A DNA stretch of 61,567 bases, filler included. It is 10 parts of 10 records of this genome, joined end to end, with 100 filler letters (N's around TTAATTAATTAA, not from the genome) between each part and the next. Parts side by side here need not be neighbours in the genome. Positions count along the whole stretch, not along the records: positions 20,455 to 26,990 come from SRR7504441_517; positions 27,091 to 39,648 come from SRR7504441_518; 8 more parts are not named here. One strand, given 5' to 3'. The notes beneath the pieces were generated by a model that was not told the DNA's origin, made no database searches, and saw only the letters and a list, made by a program, of their open reading frames with translations. A program made the translations under genes and the position numbers. How positions within the stretch are numbered: the first letter of the stretch is position 1; each line of letters begins with the position of its first letter. Below are positions 22,871-34,700 of this stretch, in pieces.

Positions 22871-24472
22871 TTATTTGAGGGCGCGGTTGATTGAGCTGCG
22901 GCGCTTGGTGCTAGTGGTGGTGGCCAACACTTTGGTCGGAGGCCCCTTCTTGGCTCGGCCACTCTCCCTGGCCGCCAGCTGGGCCTTCACGCTCTCGTTC
23001 GGCTGTTTGATCGGTGGCCTCTTGCCGGAGTGCCGGAGTGCATCGGCCGCCTCCTGCCCAGCCGGCCTCCTGCCCACAATACTAGGCTTGCTCGCAATAC
23101 TAGGCTTGCTCGGGGTGGGCTGCTCCGGCTTGAGGTCCATCTCCAGCCCGTCTATCCCCCGGGCCCGCTGCACCAGCGCCACCCGCTTCACCGCCCTCAG
23201 CTCGGCCGCGCTCTCCTCCAAATCCGATTCCAACTCCCTGTTCTGCGACTCTAGCCGCCGCACCTGCCCATCGCTCACTGCCCGCCATGCGGCGGCCCGC
23301 CTTGGCTCGCAGCGCGTCTGCCGAGGCGTTGGCTTCCTCCAGGGCTAGCGAGAGCTCCTGCGCCATCGGTGAGCCGGCGGGATGCATGGCGGGTGCCTGG
23401 ACGGCTTGGCTGCGCATGGTGTGGTCTGCGCGGAATCGCTCCACCTGGACCGCGGCTGGCACCGGAGGAGCCGGGGCCGGGGCGCCTGCAAGCTGAGCTC
23501 GGACTGCTGGCGCTCCTGGACGGCCTGCTGCTGGTGTGCCTGGGCCGCCTGCTGCTGGTTCGCCTCTGCGGCCCGGAGCATTTCGGCCTGCGCCTCGCGC
23601 ATCTGGCGCTGCTCGACCAACAGCTTGTCCACCAGCGCCTGTTTGTCGGCCAGCTGCTGCTCCAGTCCCAGCCGCTGCCCGGCCGCCGCGTGCTCCTTGG
23701 CCGCAGCCTGGCTGTGCGCTGCCTTTAGTTCGTCCTCCAGCTGTCCGTTGATTCGCTCAAGCCGATTCCGGTCCATCCCGGCGATCTCGACTGTCTTGTG
23801 CTTCACCCCCGGGGTGCCGGCCTGCACCAGCGTCAGCTTGTGCTCGAGTGCCCGTAGCTCTGCCTCGGCCGCGTCCCTTTGGTATTGGAGTTCCTCGATC
23901 CGCGACTCGGCCTGCAGCCTTCTGTCCAGCTCAGCCTCCTTCTCGTGCCGGGCGGCCATCTCTTGCTGCTCGGCCGTCCGCCGGTCGGCTCGCTCGGTCC
24001 GGAGCTGGTCCTCGAGCTCGTCGGTCTTGTCCTCGAGCTCCTGGCAGCGCCGGCGCTGGTCTTCCAGCCGTCGCTCCTCCTGCTGCTTGTGCTGCTCGGC
24101 GGCCTGCTTGTCCCGCTCTAGCTCGTCCTTCCGCTGCTCCTGCTGCTGCTGGATCCACTTGGCCAGCTCAAGTTCGGCCCTCTGCTGCACGCTCGAGGCG
24201 TCGCCCGCGCGGAGCCGCTCCTCCAGCTTGCGCAGCTGCTCCTCGGCGATGGCCCGCCGCTCCTGCTCGTACTCCAGGTCCTTGGCCATCGCGATCCTGC
24301 CGGTCTCGGCCACATGCCGCGCCTCCTTCTCCACCTCCAGCTGGGCCTCCAGGTGCGCCTTGGTCTTGTCGGCCAGCCGCCTAGCCTCCGCGTCGGCCTT
24401 GAGTCGGGACACACCTTCCACAATCCGGTCCAGCTCCTCCGGCGACTCCTCCATCCCCGTAGCGTACGCCAT
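22871..24472 (-). CDS. Long coiled-coil protein with 2-3 GC-AG introns
   Basis: Starts MAYATGMEESPEELDR and is E/Q/R/A-rich; the frame is restored by GC-AG introns 23445-23485 and 23264-23300, with 23358-23396 a further in-frame candidate. Confidence 0.75.
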
Positions 24473-24556
24473 CCCGGCTCGGCCACGCGCTACCCCGCCT
24501 GGGCCCCCGGCAGAGCCCCTGGCTCCAATCTGGGAGGGTGACCGTTGAGACCCTTG

Positions 24557-26866
24557 ATGCTGAGCGAGGCGGCTCCGGGGGAGGCGGTGGACGAGCTGGG
24601 GTTCGTGGTGGGCCGGAGCTGGGCCGAGTGGGAGGCGATCCAGCCGACCAGCCCGACCAGCCGCCGATGGGCCGACGACGGAGATCTGGCGGTGCTCGAG
24701 GGCGGACTGCCTGCCCAGATGCGCCAGGAGATCTGGCTGGTGACCTCGGGCGCCAGCGAGGCCCGGCAGGCCCGCGGGGGGGCTGATTACTACCGCGGGC
24801 TGGTGGAGCGGGCGGGGGAGGTCAGGGAGGAGACGGCGCGGCAGGTGGAGCTGGATCTGGGCCGGACGTTCTCGGAGGATAAGACCCACATCTCCACCCG
24901 GCAGGGCCAGGACAAGCTCCGCCGGGTGCTGCTGGCGTACGCGCTGCACGACCAGCTGGTCGGGTACTGCCAGTCGCTCAACTTTCTGGCCGGGCTGCTG
25001 CTCTGCGTGCTCGAGGAGGAGGCGGCCTTCTGGCTGCTCAGCTGCCTCTGCCGCAAGTGCTTCTACGGGTACCACGTGCCTTCGATGATCGGGATACGGG
25101 CCGACATGGCCGTCATGGACGAGCTGGTCGCGGCCCAACTGCCGGGGGTGGCCGAGCGGCTTGAGCGGCTGGACGTGCCGCTGCCGCTGATCGTGGCCCA
25201 GAACTTTATGCAGCTGTACATCACACTGCTCCCTTCGCACACGGTGCTCTGCCTGATGGACGCCATCTTCCTCAACCTTTCGCTGGTGGACGCCAAGGCC
25301 GACAGCAGCCCGGTGGCGCTCGGAATGCTCTCCGCCGTCACGCTGGCTCTGCTCCGGAGCATGCCAGAGCAGCTGTGGGGCAGGGACGCCTCCGATTTTA
25401 AGAATGGGTTCTCGCAACACATGGCCGACTTTCACGACAGCGACCGGCTGCTCCGGCTGGCCTCGGCCGAGCGGGCTCAGCTGGCCGGCGGGCTCAGCTG
25501 GGAGGAGCGGCTGGCGGAGATGAAGCGGCGGCATTGGGTCCAGCTGAGCGAGCAGGCTGAGAAGGAGCTGATGCTTTCAGAGCTTGGAGCCGTCCTGCTG
25601 CTAGAGCGCAAAATCGGGGGGCAGTCGGCCCTGTCGGCCAGCGCGCTGCACGCCCAGTTCATGGCGGCCAAGTCCGAGCTGGAGCTGCCCGACTGCTGGG
25701 CGCTCCCTCGGCAAAGGTTTGAAGCGATGCTCCAGTCCGTGGCGCCCGGCGAGCTCGACCCGGGGCTGGCAGACTCGCTGTTCGAGGTCTGCTCGACTGA
25801 CGGCCAGAGGGCAGATTTCAGGATGGTGGTGGCCACGCTGGGCTGCCTCGGGTCGGAGGGCACCCTGGACGAAAGGTTGCTGCTGCTGTTCCGGCTGTTC
25901 GACTTGGACGGGAACGGGGTGATCGATATGGGCGAGTTCACGTGCATTGTGGAGGTGCTGCACAGGCTGCAAAGGATCCCGGCCAACAAAGCCTGGATCG
26001 AGTTCCACGCCCAGGTGGCCTTCTCGCAGTTTGGGGCCGATCAGACCAGCGAGCTATCTTTCGAACACTTTAAGTCGGTGCTAGAAGCGATGCCGCTCGC
26101 CCGCCAGTTCCTAAAGATCCAGCCCAACCCACCAGGCAACGATGCTAGCCGCGGATGGCTCGACCGGGCCAAGCACAAGATTGCCGGGGCCTTCCCCTCA
26201 ATCTTCTCAAAGTGCAGCCCTCCGAGCTCGCCCAACGCCAAGGAGCTCAGTATCCGATCGTGCCGGTCGAGCACCGAGGTAGGATCGGCCCCGATGCCCG
26301 AGTTTGTGCTCAATCGCGACTGCTCGCTAGCCTTGGAGGCCCAGCGGAAGAAGGAGTTGATGGAGCGGGTCATCGGCAAGTGGCAGGCGACTTTGGAGAG
26401 CTGCTCACAGGAGCTGAGCGCCGGCTGGCGGAGGCTGAGGGAGCGGACTAGCCTCAGGGGCCAGCTCAAGCGGTTTGTGCGGATGAAGGCCGAGTTCGAG
26501 ACCAGGTGGCTCGAGCATCTTGCCGCCAACGGCCCTCTGGACATAACCCACTCGGTCGAGGTGGGTACGGTGCTTACTGGCATTGTGCTGCATCCTAGCA
26601 CCCTGTGCAGCAAGCTCGAACTCGCCAATTGCCTAGGAGTGCGGCAACATAGCGGGCACCTCCACCTGGAAGAGCTAGCGGCGTATTTCGCGCTCTGTGG
26701 CCATTCTTCCACAAACTCGAGATTCCCGCACGGCTTTACTCGCAATCGGCGCTTGATTGGGCTACTCGGCACCGGGCAGGTCGAGCATTTGTTTACTAAC
26801 GTGCCCGAACCCAAAGAGTGGATCACGATACCGTACAAGGGCCGCAAGAGCTTACGTCAAGAATAA
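24557..26866 (+). CDS. TBC-domain Rab GTPase-activating protein with EF-hands
   Basis: LPAQMRQEIW, VELDLGRTF (Arg finger), GYCQSLNFLAG (Gln finger), EEEAAFWLL; EF-hand DLDGNGVIDMGE; intronless. Confidence 0.92.
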   Translation: MLSEAAPGEAVDELGFVVGRSWAEWEAIQPTSPTSRRWADDGDLAVLEGGLPAQMRQEIWLVTSGASEARQARGGADYYRGLVERAGEVREETARQVELDLGRTFSEDKTHISTRQGQDKLRRVLLAYALHDQLVGYCQSLNFLAGLLLCVLEEEAAFWLLSCLCRKCFYGYHVPSMIGIRADMAVMDELVAAQLPGVAERLERLDVPLPLIVAQNFMQLYITLLPSHTVLCLMDAIFLNLSLVDAKADSSPVALGMLSAVTLALLRSMPEQLWGRDASDFKNGFSQHMADFHDSDRLLRLASAERAQLAGGLSWEERLAEMKRRHWVQLSEQAEKELMLSELGAVLLLERKIGGQSALSASALHAQFMAAKSELELPDCWALPRQRFEAMLQSVAPGELDPGLADSLFEVCSTDGQRADFRMVVATLGCLGSEGTLDERLLLLFRLFDLDGNGVIDMGEFTCIVEVLHRLQRIPANKAWIEFHAQVAFSQFGADQTSELSFEHFKSVLEAMPLARQFLKIQPNPPGNDASRGWLDRAKHKIAGAFPSIFSKCSPPSSPNAKELSIRSCRSSTEVGSAPMPEFVLNRDCSLALEAQRKKELMERVIGKWQATLESCSQELSAGWRRLRERTSLRGQLKRFVRMKAEFETRWLEHLAANGPLDITHSVEVGTVLTGIVLHPSTLCSKLELANCLGVRQHSGHLHLEELAAYFALCGHSSTNSRFPHGFTRNRRLIGLLGTGQVEHLFTNVPEPKEWITIPYKGRKSLRQE

Positions 26867-26990
26867 AAGGATTAATCGAATTTAGTAAAAAAAAAAATTT
26901 AGTCACGCAACACGGAATTTTAGCTCGGGAACGGCTTTAATTAACATGAATTAAGACTGAGTAGGTTATGTGAGCCTTAGGGCCCCGACT

Positions 26991-27090
26991 NNNNNNNNNN
27001 NNNNNNNNNNNNNNNNNNNNNNNNNNNNNNNNNNTTAATTAATTAANNNNNNNNNNNNNNNNNNNNNNNNNNNNNNNNNNNNNNNNNNNN
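26991..27090. other. Artificial contig-joining spacer
   Basis: N/TTAATTAATTAA/N, 100 nt. Confidence 0.98.
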
Positions 27091-27200
27091 TAACCGACAC
27101 TCGGAGTTCCCAGTCGGGGCGCGACGCGCTGAGTTGCGTTGATCCCTACTTCGGGAAGAGAAAGCAAAGTTCTTTTGACATTGGCTGTGCGGATCTGAAC

Positions 27201-28511
27201 ATGCCAGTGGAGGAGCTCGACGAGGCCTTCCCGCTCACTGCGGCGGCCAGCTCCGGGTATGGGACGGCGGGCCAGCCGGCGGGCGAGCTGCTGGCGAACG
27301 AGAGGCCAGGGCTGGGGCTGAGCCGGTCCGAGGCGGCAGTTGCGGTGCTCAAAGGGGTGGTGGGCCCGGCGGTGCTCTACCTGCCGCACGGGTTCGCGGA
27401 GGGCGGCTGGGGGTTCGCGGTCCCGATGCTCTGGGCCAGCTGGGGCATGTTCGCCTGGGGCGGGCTCCGGCTGCTCGAAGTCTGGTCAATCCAGCCGCTG
27501 TCGTACCCGCTGCTGATGGAGAAGGCGCTCGGGAAGAACGCCGGCCAAATGGTACGGCTGTTCATCACGCTGCAGCAGCTGGCGCTGTGCACCAGCTACT
27601 TGGTGTTCATATCGCGCAACATGGGTCGTCTGCTCGGGCTCGACCCGTCCTTCGTCTGTTTGCTCCAGCTGGTGCTGCTGGTGCCGCTCGGCTGGGTTCG
27701 CGAGATCCGGCAGCTTCGGCACACAAACCTGCTCGCCGCCGGGCTGATCGGGCAGTGCCTGCTGCTCTTCGCGGTGGCGGCGGGGCTCAGCCTGGTCCGT
27801 CGGTTTGATCCGCCGGCCGTGTTCAACCAGTCTGCGTTCTACCAATTCATTGGCACCTCGGCGTTCGCATGGGAAGGCATGGCTGCACTCTCGATCCCGC
27901 TGCAAGGCGCGGTCAAGCCGGCGATTCAGCACGAGTTCCCCAGGCTGTTCCTGTGCACCACGGCCGGGATAGCGCTCGGGTATTCTCTGTTCGGGCTGCT
28001 CAATGTGATGGCGTACGGCCGGGATGCGCAGATGATCCTGGCGGACAACCTGCAGCCCGGCCCCGGGCGCGGGATGGTCGAGCTGTGCTTCAGCCTGGCG
28101 GTGGCGCTCACCTTCCCGCTCCAGCTCTGCCCTGCGATCGGGATGCTCAAGGAGCTGGCGGAGCAGCAGCTGCCGCCCAACAGCCTCAAAATGCACGAGA
28201 CCAGCCCGATCATCTGCGGCCAGAGCTGGATCCAACTGCTCGGACTGTCGCTCCGATCGGCCATGGTGGTCACCTTGGCTGCAGCGGCGATTTTGTTCAA
28301 CGATAGTCTGCCCCAGCTGGTGGCGGTGGTGGGCTCTTGCTTGGGAGTGCCTTTGTCGTTCATCTTCCCGTCGCTCATTCACTTGATGCTGGTCAAATCG
28401 AGCCTCCGGATGATGCTCGCGAATCTGATGGTCTCGATCTGTGGCTGCGTGCTGTGCGTGGTCACCACGGCTGTAACAATCATCAAGTGGAACGAAGCCG
28501 ATATTAAATAG
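27201..28511 (+). CDS. AAAP/SLC36-like amino-acid transporter
   Basis: LKGVVGPAVLYLPHGFAEGG, FIGTSAFAWEG, TFPLQLCPA, LSFIFPSLIH; about 10-11 hydrophobic helices; intronless. Confidence 0.92.
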   Translation: MPVEELDEAFPLTAAASSGYGTAGQPAGELLANERPGLGLSRSEAAVAVLKGVVGPAVLYLPHGFAEGGWGFAVPMLWASWGMFAWGGLRLLEVWSIQPLSYPLLMEKALGKNAGQMVRLFITLQQLALCTSYLVFISRNMGRLLGLDPSFVCLLQLVLLVPLGWVREIRQLRHTNLLAAGLIGQCLLLFAVAAGLSLVRRFDPPAVFNQSAFYQFIGTSAFAWEGMAALSIPLQGAVKPAIQHEFPRLFLCTTAGIALGYSLFGLLNVMAYGRDAQMILADNLQPGPGRGMVELCFSLAVALTFPLQLCPAIGMLKELAEQQLPPNSLKMHETSPIICGQSWIQLLGLSLRSAMVVTLAAAAILFNDSLPQLVAVVGSCLGVPLSFIFPSLIHLMLVKSSLRMMLANLMVSICGCVLCVVTTAVTIIKWNEADIK

Positions 28512-28717
28512 TTTCCCTCACGCAATAATCATATAGTTATATATCGATCTAGACGGATCTACAAGCAATGTAGCGTGGCAGGGTCGACCATACCGGAGAG
28601 CTCAGCGCTTCATCTCGTCGTCGTCGTCGTACGTACTTTCTGACTGTAGTCTGCAGTTTAGACGCCTGCGTTTGCACGTAACAGGAGGGTAACCACCAAG
28701 GCCTCACGTTTGGCAAG

Positions 28718-31700
28718 ATGGCAGCCTGGCTGGGGGGCGCGGTGGTGATGGGTTTCCTGGCCGTGGCGGCTGGTGGGCCGGTGCCGGATAGCGATCAGTA
28801 CATCATTAGCTCCACAAAGGAGCTCAGCTACTCCAGCCTGTCCCTGGTGCCTGGTCTTGCCTCGGGCCCTCCCTGAGCCATCACGCGGCAGGAAATCAAG
28901 GGCAAGGGCATGCAGTGCGGGAGCCCTATGCTGGGCGACTGCCTCAAGGCCGTGTTTGATCCCCCGCTGGCTCAGGCGGCCGCCGGGCGGGAGCTGCTGC
29001 CAGCCGGGGCCAGGGCCCTGACTACAGCTTGGGCCAAGGGCTGTTGGCCCCATCGCCAACGGGGTTCACTCTGGTGCTCAATATCGCCAACGGGGCCCAG
29101 TGCGCCGCCCGCCACCCCGCGGTCGAGCCCGGGCAGGTGGCGCGAATCCCCGGGGCCGCTCTACCTGACCGCGCTGGCCGACGACTACCCGGTGGTCCCT
29201 CCTGTGCAAGTGGCCACCATCGTCCCCGACCCCGAGGCCGCCTGGCCGCCCGCTCCCGGCCGAGCCGGCTCCAGGTGATCGCGGTGAGCAGCGTCCCGCC
29301 GTACAGCCGCACACTCGAGCTCAAGATCGGCCCGACGGGGCTGACAAGCCAGACAATCAGCCAGCGAACTGGGGACTGGCTCAGGCTGGTGCCTCCGGTG
29401 CCGATCCGGGCCGGGCGGGCTGAGGGCGGGGCAGCCGGAGTGCGCGTACCAGGTGTCGGTGGGCTCGAGCGACTCGGTGCTGGTGCTCAGCCGGACCGAC
29501 GACCAGCCGTGGAGCAGCACAGGCGAGAGCACAAGCATCATGATCGAGCAGATAGACACCGGCACCGGGCTGGTGAGACTCGAGCCGGGCGCACTGAGCC
29601 TCGGGCCAGGTTAACTTCGCCCAGGACACGCTGATAGCGGTGATCGAGCCGCCCGGTCGGATCACTGTGCTGGCGGCGCCAGGGCTGGCGGTGCCGAGGA
29701 ACCAGCCACGGATCACAATCGGCGGCACCGGGTTCGGGACGAGCTCGGCCGAGATCAGGTTCAGCTTCAACCTGCCGCTGGTGCTCGGAGAGGACTACAA
29801 CGTGCTATCGATATCTGAGCTGCAGACCGAGGCCACGCTCGAGCTCCGGCCGGGCAAGACCTGGGGCAAGGCGGCCAGGGTGCCGCTGCAGGTGACGTCG
29901 GTCCAAGTCGGTCCGAGCGCAAAGCCAGCCAGCGTGCTGTTCAGCCCTGCTCTGACTGTTGGGTTCATCATCGAGGCCAATGCGAGCGTTGGGCTCAGTG
30001 TGTTCAGCAGCCCAGCCGTGCCCCTTCTGGCAGCAAATGCCGACACTCTGCAGGTGCACGGCAACGGATTCGGGGACGACGAGACAACGCTGACAGTGCA
30101 ACTTGGGCCGGATCTGGTGCTTGGTGAGGACTTCAGAGTGGATTCAGTTAGCGAACAGATGCTGGTGCTCCGTCGAGTCACAGGCAAGACGTGGGGCCCT
30201 GCAGCCACCACAATCCGACTCGCCCAAGTGGACGGTTGCCCTGTTGGCTGTCCGGCCCCGATCGGGATCAAGCTTGCCTCGGTGCTGCCTGCGGTGACGG
30301 TCACTGCCAGCGAGAGCAGCCGATCGCGCTTCAACCCGGAGCTGCTGATCTACGGCTCCGGATTCGGGCCAGACCCGACCCAAACCAGCCTGCAGTTCAA
30401 GCCTGAGATGGCTGCCGGTAGTTACACCATCATGGCTGTCTCAGACACCCAAATCAAGTGTACCATTATGTCAGGCCAGCAGTGGCCTGAAGGCAAGCTC
30501 GAAGTGGTGGCGGTCAATCCGTCTGGTTACGGCACAGTGACCTTCGATGCACCGATCTCGGTGGCAACAAACGTCGACCCAACAAACGTCGACCCACAAC
30601 AAGATGCTGCTGGGATCACAGAGAGCTCACGAGAGCTCTCAGTTGATTCTGAGTGGCTTTCCATCACAGGATACGGGTTCGGCGAAAATCTGGCCGTTGT
30701 GAGCATTACATTCGAGCCCGACATCTCATCACAACTGTACTACATCCGGGTAGCTAGCCCGTATCTTCTCCAGCTTCAACGAAACTTCACGTCTGGAAAC
30801 GAACCTTGGCCGAACGGCGAGCTGGCCATTAAAACGATCGAGATAAATGGGATTATAACAGACTTTGACCCTGTAGTGAAGGTTGCAACACTGGTGAGCA
30901 AGAAGCTTGAAATAGCTGGCTCCACTTACAAGGTAGCGGCCGATGTACCCGTTCTCAATCTCCAAGGAGCTAACATATGTCCTGATGGCCTCAGTCTCAA
31001 ATTTTCACCGCCACTTTATGAAGGCTCCGACTACACATTCGGCCGCATCACGAATGAATCAGTCGAGCTGCATTTGGTAGATGGCCACTTCTGGATCGAA
31101 GAGCAAAAAACGGCGCCGCCGGGAGGTATTGATCCATACAAGCGGCCGATGCTGCCTCTCGCAGTTACCCGAATCAGTTGCAAAGAGGCGCTTGGAGTGT
31201 CCAGCCTGTCTACAACGGTGTTTGATATCTCGGCTGGCGGGACAATTGGTATTGTGCCGAATCCTACCAATGCGGTCTACACAAATGAGGCAACGCTCAC
31301 CATATTTGGTGCGAGGTCTGTATTGTGTGCTTGGACTTGCTTGAGGCTGACTGTGCGATTGGCAGTTTTGGGAATGCTCCTGAATCGGTCAACATCAAGC
31401 TTTCAACTGTGGCTCCATATGTAGTTAGCGCATGCACTCCCACGAAGCTGGAGCTGACTTTGGTTCATTCCTCCGACACTTGGCACGGGCCAAATGGCAA
31501 CCGGACAGTCTATGTCACCGACTTGAGCGTGGACGAAGTTGGCACCGTCAACTCTCAACACCCGATTATTGCTACGCTTTCTGACCCGCCTGTTGTCCGC
31601 GAATCCCACAAGACTTTGGCGATGCATGCTAGATCCTTGGTGATAGAAGGTATTGCAACATCTAGCCTCTCGTGTGCAACGTGGGTTGAGAAATTGTGTT

Positions 31701-34700
31701 GTAGGTGAAGGCTTTGATGCTGATCTCGCGCTCAAATTCAAACCTGAGTTAATCTTGGGCTTCGATTACGAAGTGGCATCACTGAACAGCACATACATTG
31801 AGCTATCGCTCATCAATCAACGGGCGTGGCGCAGTGATGGCTACGCCGGTGTTCTGATAGTCTCTCAGATCGAACAGGGCTCATTTGCAAGAGTTGAGCG
31901 CACAGTCGCTCGGATTGTTCCTAGTCCACAAATCATTACATCAACAACACGACTTGTATCGACGGGGCCTGTGCTTCAGATCCATGGACTAGGACTGGGT
32001 TCTGATGTTCGCGATGTCAGGCTGGCGTTCTCGCCTCCTTTGAATGCTGGTGACTACACGATTTCGGCCCTAGATGCTGGGAACGACGCAGCTGGGGTGT
32101 TTTCCATTATGACATTGGAGCTTGCTGCTGGCAAGGAGTGGCGTTCGGACCCTGGTCCTCTCATATTGACAGAAGTCGAGATCGGAGCTCTTGGAACTGT
32201 TTCAATGAGTACTCAGATCGTCGCAGTTGTAGGATCTTCAGAGTTTTATGTCAATGAGAACTTTGCCGAGGTCAATCCAAATGCAGCGACAATTACAATC
32301 ACAGGCTCTGGCTTGGCGGCGGGATCAGAGGGGTCACTTCGACTTCAGTTTGATGCAGAAGAACCTGCTTGGGGTCTTGGGGACACCTATACTATTCTTG
32401 CGCGAAATGATACTTATATCACCCTTCAGCTGCAGGCCGAACAGAAGTGGTATGCCCCCACAGGAGCCGGGAATCCTGCTGATTGGTCAATGGTCGTACG
32501 ACTGCAGAACATCTCATTCGACTCAGGTGAAACTATGATAGATGCAAGAAATGTGGCTATTGCAACGCTGAGAGCTCAGGTTGTCGAGGTCCAGGGCGCC
32601 GAAGCTGAGGTCCCAAGCACGTTTCCTTACCTGTTTGTGACAATCAAGCCACGTACATTCACTGCATGCTTAGATCCCGCACTAGTCGATTTGACTTTCG
32701 CAAATGGGAAGCGGGGGGGCGGCGAGGACCCGGATTACAAGATAATAGACATTTCTGACCCGCCAGGTCAAAGTGTGGGAGGCATCAAGGTCCTGACTCT
32801 CAGACTTCAACCTGACAAGAGCTGGGGTAACCCAACTGAGACGCTCGAAGTTACGGAGATTGCTTGCAAGGGTGCAGGCAGGGTGCCTGCAACTAAATCA
32901 GGCCGTATTGCAGTTGCCAAGATTGTTGGTCCCGAAGTGTGGTCATTGAGTGAATCAGCCACGATTGCTGAACGAAAGCGCACCATTGGAACCAATGGAG
33001 GCCAGCTCAGTGTAACTGCGAGGGAGCTGCACATTGTTGGGAGTGGATTCGGAACCAATCCCGCGGCTATTACTGCCATGGGCATCAAGATCGAGGATTA
33101 TCTGGCATTCGAAACCGATTATCAAGTCAAGGCCGTCGAAAATAATATACTCACGCTTGAGCTGTTATCTAGCGACAAGGCCTGGGATCCATCGTGGTGG
33201 GATTCATCCACTGGGCAACAGAAGTATCGCTCTGTACCTCTCCTGATAGACTCGGTCAAGATAAGTGGAACGGAACAGATGGGAACCGAGGTCAAGATTG
33301 CTGAACTGATGCAGGGTGTCATTGTGACTCCCAGTACGCTAAAAGTTAGTCTCACAGCTCCGATCATAACCCTTGTGGGTTACAACTTGGGTGCATTTGC
33401 AACTGGTAGCCTCAAGTTCGAATTCTCATCTGGTGCTCAACAAGGACAAGATTTTACCATTGCCGAATGTCATGGCTGCACCCAGTGCGACCCAGCGTTG
33501 GAATGCCCAGCGGGGACACTGGTACTGGCTCTGGTCAAAGGTCAGCAGTGGGCAACAGATGTCTCGTCCCACCTCGTCATCAATGGGACCAGTGGCCTGT
33601 ATGGGCTTAGTGCTCATCAGGTTTCAGTGGGTGACTTGGTATCGTCATCAACAGTGTATGCTACCCCAGCGGCGTCCAATCCTGTTTTCCAAAGTGCGGC
33701 TGACCTGATAATTGATGGAAACGGATTCGGGCACGACCTAGGGGAAGTGACCGTCAGTTTGGAAGGTCTGTCGGGCTATGTTGTGACTGCAGTGACTCAC
33801 AACCGGATCATAATCAGCCGTGGGTCCCTGTCAAGCTGGGGCACAGTGGGTGCTGTGTTGACTATCACGAAAATTACAATCTCTTCGACTGTCACCTCTA
33901 TGAACACACTGGTAGGTATTGTCACAACTGACCCTGTTGTGGCCCCATCAAGCACTCGCACGTTCATGGGATCATCCAGTCTCCAAATACAAATCAGCGG
34001 CCTCTGTAGCACCGATGCGACCTGCGCAGTTGTGGCCACCTCGCCTTCGATGGGGCTGTTCCTGGAATTCGACCCACCTCTTGTGCAAGGCGCTGATTAC
34101 TACATCTCAACTGTGAGCACCAGTCAAGTCACGCTAGGCCTCTTCAGACAAGCTAGGTGGTGGTCTGAGGTTGAGCTCGATCACGCAGTGGCTTCATTTG
34201 CACTTACAGTCAAGCGCGCTGGCTTGGTTACAAGCTCTGTTCAAAATAGCGTGCAAGTGGCAGTCCTCTCACACGATGGGCTGAAAGCGCAAGCATGCCT
34301 GAATCCTCTGGGCAAGTTTGCTTCGACGCTGGACATTCGAGGCAGCTTCGATCTCCCTCAGTGGGACGTCACTAAAGGCTCCTCCTCGGGTCTAACTCTT
34401 CAATTCGAGCCAGACCTCGTCGAGGGAGAAGACTACGAGCTCCAGGCGGTGCAATCAGATGTCATGCGGCTCGCTCTACTGTCCACAAAAGCGTGGAATA
34501 TGCAAAGCATGGAACCAGATACCACGCCTGGGTCATTCAAAGCGTTAACTCTTGTGTCGCTGACATCAAGCGAAGGTCAGCTCATGCAGAATCAACCGGT
34601 GGCCAGTGTGGTGTCTCCAAACACATTTTACATCCAGCCACGGGCCTTGTTCAAAGAGTACTTGAATGTACGCTCTTCGAATTCAATTGAGATCATAGGA

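Noticed and set aside
23382-25534. Long overlapping antisense ORFs (23382-24548 +, the 5' half of 23345-25534 -, 27486-28382 - and similar)
   Set aside because: Shadow frames of GC-rich genes, with Ser/Arg/Cys-biased or motif-free translations.
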